Assembly (NCBI GenBank): GCA_024275135.1
Contig: JAJRZS010000018.1
Coordinates: 89,826-153,825 of the forward strand
Reading direction: 5' to 3'
DNA: 64,000 bases
DNA from: Planctomycetota bacterium
Lineage (GTDB): Bacteria > Planctomycetota > UBA1135
Positions 8,359 through 16,956 of the stretch are shown one piece after another. Numbering within the stretch: the stretch's first letter is position 1; each line of letters begins with the position of its first letter. A model generated the notes under the pieces. It did no database searches and was not told the DNA's origin. It worked only from the letters and a program-made list of their open reading frames with translations. The translations under genes were made by a program, and so were the position numbers.

Positions 8359-10920
8359 ATGCGTCACGACAGGAAGAATCTGTTGCTCCCTCTCCTGCTT
8401 CTCGGAGCTTGCTACAGCCCCGAGGCAGAGATTCACGATGGTGAATACGCCCTAACCGATAGCGCCCCGGCGCTGGTGGATCAGGAGCCCGAACTCACCC
8501 CATCTGCAGCCGCCGACGCCATCCAGGTGCGTCAGCAAAAGAATGCCCTTCTCGCCGAACAGTATGTTGCTTTGGGCAACGATGCTTTTGAGCGCGGCGA
8601 TTACGAAGGCGCAGCCATTCAATACGCAGAGGCCAATCGTCTCGATGCCACCAACGTCGAGGCACGCGACGGTTTACGGCGCTCCCAAGCCGCTATGTCG
8701 GGCAATGCCTATGACATCGATTCGGCGGAAAACGTGGTGCAAAATGAAGCCCTCAAACAAAGCGCGAATCGGATGCGCGTGGAGGGCTTGGTGCGGGACG
8801 GCGATCGCGCCATGGGTGCTGCGGATTACAGCACCGCCGTCGACAAATACACCATGGCTCTGCAGGCCCTCAGCTACAGCCCGAACATTGCCTATGGCGT
8901 CCTCGACACGGCCCTGGTGCAAGGCAAGCTTAACGAAGCGGTTGATGCTCGCAACTCCACGGAGGCTGCGGCTCGCCAAGCTGAAGCGCAAGCAGCAGCA
9001 GCGGAGGCTGCCGCCAAAGTCGCCGCCCAAGAGGCTTACAGCGCCAATCTCATTGCCACCTTCCTCAATGATGCCAACGAGCAGTTTATAGCTGGTTTTC
9101 CGGCCCAGGCGGTACAAACCTTGGATCAGCTCTTGCGCATCGATCCACGCAACGAAGAGGCTACGGCCCTGCGCGCGATTGCCTTGGAGGCCGCCAACCA
9201 AAATCGGCAACGCCAATCGGCCGAAGACTTCCGCGAGGGATGGCAGCGCACCTTCGAGGAGATGCGCACCATGGCTGCCCCTCCTATCGACAGCATTGAA
9301 TACGACCTCGACCACTGGGCCAAAATTGCCGACCGCGCGCCCTTGGATTTAGTCGAGCACGAGGCGGAAATGGATCCGGTCGAGGCCAGCATTCGCGCCG
9401 CCTTGGCTTCCACCCGCATCATCCCCAACTTCGATGATGCCCTCGAGGAAATCGTCCCCAACCTGCAAGCGTTCACCAAGGTCAACTTTGTGATTTCGCG
9501 CGCGGTGCGTGACGACATTGATGAAGATGTGAAAAACATTCGCATGACGTTCAAAAACGACATGCCGGTGGATCGCATCCTCAACATCATGGAGGATTTG
9601 ATGGGCGGCGAAGTTCGCTTTGTGGTCCGCAGTGGCGCCGTCTTTGTCGTCACCGCTGAAGAAGCCGATACCGAATCCGTCACCCGCCAATATGAGGTGC
9701 GCGACATCATTCGCCCGGTCAAAGATTTCCCCCTCGGCGATTTCAACTTGGTGCCCTCCGGTGGCATCGAAGCTAGCGACGAAGAGTTGCCAGAAACAGA
9801 AGCCACCATCCTCACTGAGGACGACCTCACACAAACCATTCAAGAGTCCATTGAGCCGGAATCCTGGGATGGCGAAGTGCACACCATCGCGGTGGAAAAC
9901 GGCACTTTGATTGTGCGCCATCGCCCCGAGGTCCAAGCCGAAGTCGCCCAGATGTTGGAAGATTTGCGTGTTCCCGCCAACATCATGGTGGACATCAAAG
10001 TACGCTTCTTACGCGTGGAAGACAGCTTCCTCGAAGATGTAGGCGTGGATTTCCGCGGCCTCGGTAACGACGCCACTTCCGGCGCTGCCGGCAAAGGTGA
10101 TTCCTTGGTGTTCGATGATTTCGGCGCCAACGCTGGCTCTCCTGGCGCCCCGGGCACGCTTGGCACCGGCAACGATAGTGGAGCCATCTTCCGTGAGGCC
10201 AACAACGACTTAACCATCCTCAGCCGTACCGAAAACCTCTACGACACGGCCCTGGGCGACAACGCCATCCTGACCAACTCCGGTGGTTTGGCCTTGCAAT
10301 ACACTTGGCTCGACGACACCCAGTTGGAAATGATTCTGCGCGCGGTGAAAAAATCCAAGCGTTCCGAGTTAGTGATCGAACCCAGCTTGATGGTTTACAA
10401 CACCGCCCGCGCCAACTTGGTGGTGGCGAACCAGGTCTCCTATGTCTCCGACTTCGACGTCGAGATTGCCTCTTCCGCTTCCATCGCCGACCCCATCGTG
10501 CAAGTGGCTAATGACGGGGTTTACTTGGATGTTCGTCCTGTGGTCACCGCCGACCGCCGTTTCGTCTGGATCGATGTGCGGCCCACAGTCGCCAACCTGT
10601 TACGCCCCATCCCTACTTTGCAAACCTCCTTGGGCGTTGGTTCTCCCGTCACTTTGATGTTGCCCCAACTCGAACTGCAGAAGGTGCGCACCCGCGTGAT
10701 TTTGCCCGATGGCGGCACACTGATGTTGGGCGGCATGAAGATCTTGACCGAGCAAGAAATGGAATCCGGCATTCCATTCCTTAACCGCATTCCGGTTCTG
10801 TCTTTCTTCTTCTCGCGCAAAGGCACCTTCGAGACTTACCAGAAGCTGGTCATTTTGCTCACCGCCAACATCATCCTTTTGGATGAGTTGGAGCCCGCAA
10901 AATTGCCCAGCGGCTTCTAG
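8359..10920 (+). CDS. Secretin (GspD/PilQ class) with lipobox and N-terminal TPR region
   Basis: Signal peptide ending LLLLGAC. TPR-like repeats (ALGNDAFERGDYEGAAIQYAEANRLDATNVEA). N0/Secretin_N-like modules (TLIVRHRPEVQAEVAQMLEDL). Secretin core VRFLRVEDSFLEDVGVDF...GGTLMLGGMK...IPFLNRIPVLSFFF. Confidence 0.9.
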   Translation: MRHDRKNLLLPLLLLGACYSPEAEIHDGEYALTDSAPALVDQEPELTPSAAADAIQVRQQKNALLAEQYVALGNDAFERGDYEGAAIQYAEANRLDATNVEARDGLRRSQAAMSGNAYDIDSAENVVQNEALKQSANRMRVEGLVRDGDRAMGAADYSTAVDKYTMALQALSYSPNIAYGVLDTALVQGKLNEAVDARNSTEAAARQAEAQAAAAEAAAKVAAQEAYSANLIATFLNDANEQFIAGFPAQAVQTLDQLLRIDPRNEEATALRAIALEAANQNRQRQSAEDFREGWQRTFEEMRTMAAPPIDSIEYDLDHWAKIADRAPLDLVEHEAEMDPVEASIRAALASTRIIPNFDDALEEIVPNLQAFTKVNFVISRAVRDDIDEDVKNIRMTFKNDMPVDRILNIMEDLMGGEVRFVVRSGAVFVVTAEEADTESVTRQYEVRDIIRPVKDFPLGDFNLVPSGGIEASDEELPETEATILTEDDLTQTIQESIEPESWDGEVHTIAVENGTLIVRHRPEVQAEVAQMLEDLRVPANIMVDIKVRFLRVEDSFLEDVGVDFRGLGNDATSGAAGKGDSLVFDDFGANAGSPGAPGTLGTGNDSGAIFREANNDLTILSRTENLYDTALGDNAILTNSGGLALQYTWLDDTQLEMILRAVKKSKRSELVIEPSLMVYNTARANLVVANQVSYVSDFDVEIASSASIADPIVQVANDGVYLDVRPVVTADRRFVWIDVRPTVANLLRPIPTLQTSLGVGSPVTLMLPQLELQKVRTRVILPDGGTLMLGGMKILTEQEMESGIPFLNRIPVLSFFFSRKGTFETYQKLVILLTANIILLDELEPAKLPSGF

Positions 10921-10934
10921 ACCGCGAAACCAGG

Positions 10935-10970
10935 CGGCCGGGAGCGCATAGACGTTCCCGGCCGTTTCTA
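10935..10970 (+). terminator. Hairpin after secretin 1 (weak terminator/attenuator)
   Basis: CGGCCGGGA / TCCCGGCCG 9-bp GC stem with a 12-nt loop, followed by TTTCT. Confidence 0.35.
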
Positions 10971-11010
10971 ATCCCACTCAGGCCTAGGGCCTGCACTTGA
11001 GAGAGAACGC

Positions 11011-11871
11011 ATGTTTGCACTCAGCTCCGGATTCCTACTCAGCATCCTTCTGCCCTTTCAAGGTGGAGGAGCCAGCCCTGTGGCGTTAAAAAACGCCGAG
11101 GCTGCGCGCGCCATCACCATCGAATTTGGCCTTGATTATTGGGCTGGCAAACTCATCGACCGCGCCCTTGCAGAGGCCAAAACCGCCGACGACAAATCGG
11201 AATTGTTGCTCGCGCGTTGCGATGTCTTGCGTCTAACAGCCAATCGTCGGGTGAACGACAAGGAACGCCTCCCCGCCTTGGGAAAAGCCGGTGAAGCCTA
11301 TGTGACCTTCCTCGACAGCAGTCCCGGCGCCGACCGCGTCACCAAAGCGCAAACCAATTTGGGGATTTTAGCCAACCAATATGGCTCCACCTTGGTGCGC
11401 ATGATTGAGAATGACGTCATTGGCAAGGAGCGCGAAGAAGCGGTGCAAACGGCGGAAACCATCTTCAAGCGGGCGCTCAAAGGCATGAATTCCATCATCG
11501 ACTGGTGGGAAGCTCTGCCAGATGACAACCCGCAAAAAAACCTCAACCAATTCACGGTTTACTATCCCACCGTCTTCAACCGTGCTTTGGTCTACTTGTA
11601 TTGGGCCCAACTTTACCCCGCCGGTTCGGTCGAGCGCAATCAACGTGCCAAGCAAGCTATCGCCTACCTGGAAGAGTTTGCCATCGGCGCGCCCTTCCTC
11701 CCTTCGCAGCGAGCTTATAAGGCTCTGGCTGATTGCTACCACGTCCTTGGTCAGCTCGAGGATGCCTACGACTATTACGACTATGTTTCTTCCAATGTCA
11801 AAGAGCTGTTAAGCCAAGAAACCGACCTTGATCCAGCCTTTGTCGAGCAACTTCACGACACCATCCAATAA
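11011..11871 (+). CDS. Helical-repeat (TPR-like) protein with signal peptide
   Basis: 286 aa with hydrophobic N-terminus and repeated helix-pair pattern. Same reading frame as the next ORF, separated by a single TAA. Confidence 0.6.
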   Translation: MFALSSGFLLSILLPFQGGGASPVALKNAEAARAITIEFGLDYWAGKLIDRALAEAKTADDKSELLLARCDVLRLTANRRVNDKERLPALGKAGEAYVTFLDSSPGADRVTKAQTNLGILANQYGSTLVRMIENDVIGKEREEAVQTAETIFKRALKGMNSIIDWWEALPDDNPQKNLNQFTVYYPTVFNRALVYLYWAQLYPAGSVERNQRAKQAIAYLEEFAIGAPFLPSQRAYKALADCYHVLGQLEDAYDYYDYVSSNVKELLSQETDLDPAFVEQLHDTIQ

Positions 11872-11892
11872 GCCAATTACGGATTGTTGAAG

Positions 11893-13854
11893 ATGCTCCG
11901 CGAATCGGGTCAGATTGCGAAGTTCTGGGAAACTTACGACGCCTTCATGCAGTGGGTCGACGAGGAACGGGTGGAATATTCCCGCAATGGTTATGAATTG
12001 TCTTTGGTTGTCGCCGAACAAATGGTGGATGAAAACCGCATTGCGGAAGCGATTGCGCTCGCAGATGAAGTGGCTACCGAAAATTCACGCAGCACCCTAC
12101 GTTTGCGCGCCAACTCGGTCATGGGCCGCGCCATCGCCTTAGCTCCGCCCGACGCGAAAATCCCGCTCGACATTCTCTACGGTTCTGCCGAGGGTGCTTA
12201 CTACCAGAAAGACTACCAGGCTGCCGTCGACGGTTTCCGCTTACTGCTACCCCGTCTTGCCGGCACCCAAGATGCCGATGAGTTTGGCGCCAAGGCCTAT
12301 TACTTCCTAGGTCTTTCTTGGTCGCGCTTGCATCACCCGATGCTGGCGGCCGTCACCCACCAGCTGGGTTATGAGGATTATCCCGACGACGAAACCTACG
12401 CCATTAAAAATGCCGAAAAATGGCAGACCTTGGCCGCTGGTTTTTTTAAGCGCGCCAACACCGATCGTGATTTGCAGGCTTTCAACGACGAGGCCATTGC
12501 CGCGGTAAGTGCCGTCGGCGGCGGCGGCGATGATTTGGAATGGAACCAGGCCAAAAGCCTGAACGATTTGGCCCGCCAAGCGGCTGGCAAACACCCCAAA
12601 GCCGCCCCTGGCTCGACCGAAGCCAAAGCGATTGTCCGCGCCTATCAACGGGCGGCCGATGCTTATGCCAAAGTCAAGGCCGAAAGCAGCAACTATGAAA
12701 AGGCCCTGGTTGCCCGCGCGATTTGCGTTTACGAAAGCATTCGCTTTGATCCAGCCGCAGCGGATCTAGCCCTGCAGTTGCTTCATGACTATTTGGATAC
12801 CTATGTTCCCGACCCGGCTCATGCCCCCAAAGATCCGCGGGAGAGAAAGATTCGACGGGAGAAGCAACCGGAAGCGGTGTTTTATCTAGGCCGCACCTAC
12901 CGAGAAGTAGCCAAGGGTGGAGACAGATCTGCCTGGGAGAAAGTGCTTTCCACTTACGACGGCATGCTCGACCGCTTTCCCGACCAAACCGAACTGGGCT
13001 ATGCTGCGATGAGCTACCGGGTCGAAGCTTTTGTGCGTTTGCAACGCATGGAAGAAGCGGAAGCAGAGTACCAGAACATGGTGGCCATTCCAGCAACCAA
13101 GAGTCGTCTCGCGATTGCCGCCTTCACTCTGTACAACGAGTATCGCTTGCGTACCGAGGCAGCCGAAGAACCGGCCGATGTTTTAGCCAACCGCACCAAG
13201 CAAGCGGAATATCTCTCGGCCTTCAATACCTACTCGAGCGTCAAGCGTTGGCCCAACTTACTTGGGGAAGCCGAACTGTGGGCTCAATTGGGGGCTTACG
13301 ACAAGGCCTCCGAGCTCTACCAAGGCATCCTCGATAAATTCAGCAAGGCTAAAGATTTCACGGATGCTTATGCTTTCAAAGTTCGGCTAGGGCTAGTGGA
13401 ATCGTTGTTGCAATTGCGCCGAATCGGCGAAGCGGTGCCTTTGGTTGATGAGCTGTACAAGCAACGGCCCAAAAACCTGCGTGTGCGTATTGCGGTGGTC
13501 AAAGTGAAGGCAGGTTTCTTGATTTGGGACGGCAAGCAAGTTTTGGAAGTTCCGGGTGAAGGCACCCCCGAAGCTCTCGATTTGGCTACCACCATGGCTG
13601 GGGAACTCATTCACGTCGCCGACTACGAAGCAAGCAAACAAGATCCTCCGCTCAACCACTATTACTACCCCCCCTGGTGGGAAGCCAAGCTAATGCAAGC
13701 CTATGTGCTATATCAGCGCGGCAAAACCAACCCAGCCGACCTTGGCAAACACAAAAAGTTGGTCGCGGGTTTGCAAAAGCAAGCACCCGACCTCGGCGAA
13801 GCTGTGGCGGGTTCTCGCATGTCCAAAAGCCTCCTCTGGCTCCTCAATCATTAA
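11893..13854 (+). CDS. Large TPR-repeat protein
   Basis: ~650 aa with many TPR-like units (e.g. YDKASELYQGILDKFSKAKDFTDAYAFKVRLGL). ATG 11893; ORF opens at TTG 11884. Confidence 0.7.
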   Translation: MLRESGQIAKFWETYDAFMQWVDEERVEYSRNGYELSLVVAEQMVDENRIAEAIALADEVATENSRSTLRLRANSVMGRAIALAPPDAKIPLDILYGSAEGAYYQKDYQAAVDGFRLLLPRLAGTQDADEFGAKAYYFLGLSWSRLHHPMLAAVTHQLGYEDYPDDETYAIKNAEKWQTLAAGFFKRANTDRDLQAFNDEAIAAVSAVGGGGDDLEWNQAKSLNDLARQAAGKHPKAAPGSTEAKAIVRAYQRAADAYAKVKAESSNYEKALVARAICVYESIRFDPAAADLALQLLHDYLDTYVPDPAHAPKDPRERKIRREKQPEAVFYLGRTYREVAKGGDRSAWEKVLSTYDGMLDRFPDQTELGYAAMSYRVEAFVRLQRMEEAEAEYQNMVAIPATKSRLAIAAFTLYNEYRLRTEAAEEPADVLANRTKQAEYLSAFNTYSSVKRWPNLLGEAELWAQLGAYDKASELYQGILDKFSKAKDFTDAYAFKVRLGLVESLLQLRRIGEAVPLVDELYKQRPKNLRVRIAVVKVKAGFLIWDGKQVLEVPGEGTPEALDLATTMAGELIHVADYEASKQDPPLNHYYYPPWWEAKLMQAYVLYQRGKTNPADLGKHKKLVAGLQKQAPDLGEAVAGSRMSKSLLWLLNH

Positions 13855-13857
13855 GCC

Positions 13858-14925
13858 ATGTTTTTGTCCTGCTCTCTGCTACTTCCCCTCCTCCTTCCTG
13901 CTGCTGCCCAAAGCCGTGTAGTGCAGGTAGACGGTAGTACTCTCTCCGGCAAACTCGTAGCCGCCACTTTAGAGCAAGTAACCCTGAAAAACGCCGACGG
14001 CAAAAGCCGCGAGCTGGCGGCTGGGGATGTGCTGCAGATTTACCCGGCACCTCTCACCGAGATGTTGCTCAAGGGGGAAGCCTTTCTCAAAGATTTGGAT
14101 TATCAAAATGCCAGCAGCGCCTTCGAGGCTGCGGGTAATGAGTCCGGAGATTTCTGGGTTGCTCCCTATGCTCTGCTGCGCCAAGCTGAAACCCTGCTCG
14201 CTTGGGCGCAGATGGATCGTGCCCGCGCCTCCGATGCCGCGCGTGCCTTCCGTTCCTGGATGGACGCCAATACGGACAGTTTTTGGATTCCGCGTGCAGA
14301 AATGGGTGCGGCGAAGGCCATGGCTATGGCCGGGGATGTGGATGGCGCCACCTCCCTCATGCAAAAGCTGGCCGATACCGCCTTTGAAAAGAACCTTGGC
14401 AAGCATGTGGAATTGCAGGTCAATTTGGTGCGGTGCGAGGCCTTCCTCATCGGTGGCCAAGCCGAGGTCGCGGAAGCTCGGTTGCGCGACTTGGTGGTCA
14501 AGCTTGGCAATGCGGTGCAAGATCCCAAAGCCCCGGAAGGCACCCGCAGCTTGATTCTCAACTTGTATTCCCAATCGCAAATCTTGCTTGGTGATGCCAT
14601 CCACAGCAAAGATGGCCCCCAAGCTGCCGCCCCTTACTGGCAAGGCTTGGCCAAAGACCGAACGGCCACTCCGAATGTGCGCGCTGCGGCCTGGATTGGC
14701 ATTGCAGAAGCTGCACGCGCTGCGGGCCACCCGCGTCAAGCGCAACTCCACCTGGCCAAAGTGGTCGCCACTTTGCCGGCCTCCGAGGAAGTCATGGCCC
14801 ACGCCCTCTACCTCCTAGGCGAGGTGTCCACCGAGTTAGGCGATACCCCAACGGCAGGTGATTTGTACCGCCGACGCCTGCTGGATCGCTACCCAAGTAC
14901 TTCCTGGGCGGCCAAGGCCCGCTGA
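13858..14925 (+). CDS. Secreted TPR-repeat protein
   Basis: Signal peptide LLLPLLLPAAAQS, small N-terminal beta-like domain, then TPR-like repeats. Starts 3 nt after the previous stop. Confidence 0.7.
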   Translation: MFLSCSLLLPLLLPAAAQSRVVQVDGSTLSGKLVAATLEQVTLKNADGKSRELAAGDVLQIYPAPLTEMLLKGEAFLKDLDYQNASSAFEAAGNESGDFWVAPYALLRQAETLLAWAQMDRARASDAARAFRSWMDANTDSFWIPRAEMGAAKAMAMAGDVDGATSLMQKLADTAFEKNLGKHVELQVNLVRCEAFLIGGQAEVAEARLRDLVVKLGNAVQDPKAPEGTRSLILNLYSQSQILLGDAIHSKDGPQAAAPYWQGLAKDRTATPNVRAAAWIGIAEAARAAGHPRQAQLHLAKVVATLPASEEVMAHALYLLGEVSTELGDTPTAGDLYRRRLLDRYPSTSWAAKAR

Positions 14926-15010
14926 TTCCACCCTACCCTTAGCCTCAATTGCTGCTAGAATCTCCCTCTTCCCGGTGAACCTACTCACCGAAACCCAACG
15001 CGTCAAAGAA

Positions 15011-15721
15011 ATGTCCCGATTCCGTTACTTCCCACCGGCCCTGACCGGTTTCCTCCTGCTCGTCGGCAATCTCCTCGCTCAGGAGGAAACGAAGGAAGGT
15101 GGCACCAACTTCCTTGATGCCATCGCCTCCGCCGGTGCCATTGGTTACCTCATCATTTTGATGTCCGTCGTCGCCATGGCCCTGATTATCGAACACTTCA
15201 TGACTTTGAAGCGGGAAAAACTGGCCCCGCCTGAAGTCATCGACGAAATCGAGGAGCTTTTCCAAGAAGGCAACTACCAGGAGGCCTTGGAAGCCTGCGA
15301 AGCCACTCCATGCTTCTTCAGTAACGTCACCGCCGCTGGCATCCGCAAGCTAGGCCATCCTTTCTCCACCATTGAGAAGGCCATTGAGGAGATGGAAGAC
15401 GAAGAAGGCGTCAAGCTTCAACAGAAAATTGGCTGGCTCTCCTTGATTTCTGGTATCGGCCCGATGATGGGATTGTTCGGAACGGTAACCGGTATGGTCG
15501 GTGCTTTCGCCACCATCGGTAATTCAGGAGCAGGCGGCGTAAACCCCGCCGACTTCGCGGCCGACATCTCTTTGGCGCTGATGACCACCGTGTTGGGGCT
15601 GACTGTGGCCATCCCCACCACCGCCTTCTATGCCTTCTTCCGTAACAAGGTTTCCCTGGTCACCATGGAAATCAGCGGCCTGGTGGAAGACATGTTCGAG
15701 CGTTTCCGCACTACCGAGTAA
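15011..15721 (+). CDS. exbB: MotA/TolQ/ExbB-family proton channel
   Basis: GIGPMMGLFGTVTGMVGAF...ISLALMTTVLGLTVAIPTTAFYAFFRNKV signature. Start trimmed to ATG 15011 (MSRFRYF). Confidence 0.9.
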   Translation: MSRFRYFPPALTGFLLLVGNLLAQEETKEGGTNFLDAIASAGAIGYLIILMSVVAMALIIEHFMTLKREKLAPPEVIDEIEELFQEGNYQEALEACEATPCFFSNVTAAGIRKLGHPFSTIEKAIEEMEDEEGVKLQQKIGWLSLISGIGPMMGLFGTVTGMVGAFATIGNSGAGGVNPADFAADISLALMTTVLGLTVAIPTTAFYAFFRNKVSLVTMEISGLVEDMFERFRTTE

Positions 15722-15788
15722 AGAATCTGCTGCTTTTGCGGGGGCTGGGTTACCACCCCCGCACTCCCTGCTAGCTTGAACAAACACC

Positions 15789-16415
15789 ATGGCCAGAAGA
15801 CGCGAAGCTGATACCGAAATCGAGATCGACATGACGCCGATGATCGACATGACCTTCCTGTTGATCATCTTTTTCATCATTGTGAATGACATGTCGAAGA
15901 AGGAGCTCGAGGAACTCAAGCTGCCCATTGCCATGGAGGCCGGTCATGATGAGCCGCCGAAGACCCGACCCATCCTCAATGTGCGATGGTTCCCTGCCGG
16001 TGGGGTTCCCAAAGCCGTTAAGAGTCAATACCAGGCCATGGGGATTGCCATCCCCGATAATCGCGAGTGGTCCGACATCGTATGGAAGGGTAATATCTTG
16101 TATTACCCCAACATGGACACGCAGGGTCGCACCGACCCCATCCGCAAAGGGCGTCCGGATTATTACTGGAAGTTGGCGCAAACCATGGAGATTCAGTGGG
16201 TGCCCTACTTCAAAACCAAGATGGACGACACCCTCCATATCGAGTTGCCTGATGACCCGGTGCTGATTCGCGCTGATCGCAACACCCCGTTCAAATACCT
16301 GCAAAAGATTATGGAGGTATGCACGCGGGACAAAATTAAGATTTGGAAGATTCAGCTTGCCGCTTCGGAAGACCCCGAGAAGGTTGCCGCGCGCGAGGCT
16401 GCAAAGAAAAAATAA
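15789..16415 (+). CDS. exbD: ExbD/TolR-family protein (long form, 208 aa)
   Basis: IDMTPMIDMTFLLIIFFII N-terminal signature. Periplasmic part is ~60 aa longer than usual. Confidence 0.85.
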   Translation: MARRREADTEIEIDMTPMIDMTFLLIIFFIIVNDMSKKELEELKLPIAMEAGHDEPPKTRPILNVRWFPAGGVPKAVKSQYQAMGIAIPDNREWSDIVWKGNILYYPNMDTQGRTDPIRKGRPDYYWKLAQTMEIQWVPYFKTKMDDTLHIELPDDPVLIRADRNTPFKYLQKIMEVCTRDKIKIWKIQLAASEDPEKVAAREAAKKK

Positions 16416-16426
16416 AGGAGGGAGTG

Positions 16427-16936
16427 ATGGCCAAGAAAAAGAAGAAATTCGAAGAGATCAAGCCCGACATGACGCCGATGATCGACGTCACCTTTCTGCT
16501 CTTGATCTTCTTTATCGTCACCCTCAAGTTCAAGGTCTTGGAAGGCCGTTTGGATGCAGCCTTGCCCAAAGACCGCGGCACCTCCACTTCCGAAGCCCCG
16601 GAAGTCGACAAGCTCGACATCTTGCTGATGGTGGCCGATCCAGGAGAGTTGGTCCAAGACAAAGATAATAAGCGGCTGAAGGTTTATGAAGGCCGTCGTA
16701 TCCGTGTCGAGATTGGTGCTCAGAAGTGGTACTACGATCCTTTCAACATCGAAGACACCTCCAACCCCATTCCCGCACTCACCAAGTTCCTCAAAACCTT
16801 CGACAAGGTTGAAACCCCAGTTTCCATTGATGCACGCAAGGGCATTGTTTATGGGGATGTGGTGGTCATTCTGGACGTGGTAGTGCGTGAAAAATTCGAG
16901 AAGGTGTCCTTCGCGGGCACTTTCGAACAAGACTAA
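16427..16936 (+). CDS. exbD: ExbD/TolR-family protein (second copy)
   Basis: PDMTPMIDVTFLLLIFFIV. ATG 16427 preceded by AAGGAGG. 21 nt identical to copy 1 across the signature. Confidence 0.85.
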   Translation: MAKKKKKFEEIKPDMTPMIDVTFLLLIFFIVTLKFKVLEGRLDAALPKDRGTSTSEAPEVDKLDILLMVADPGELVQDKDNKRLKVYEGRRIRVEIGAQKWYYDPFNIEDTSNPIPALTKFLKTFDKVETPVSIDARKGIVYGDVVVILDVVVREKFEKVSFAGTFEQD

Positions 16937-16956
16937 CATCAAACGGGCAGGTGGGG

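Noticed and set aside
13858-14925. TonB candidate within locus A (third TPR protein or ExbD1 extension)
   Set aside because: There is no Pro-rich (Glu-Pro/Lys-Pro) spacer and no TonB C-terminal YP/SG-type motif. The N-terminus is a cleavable-type signal peptide rather than a TonB SHLS anchor.
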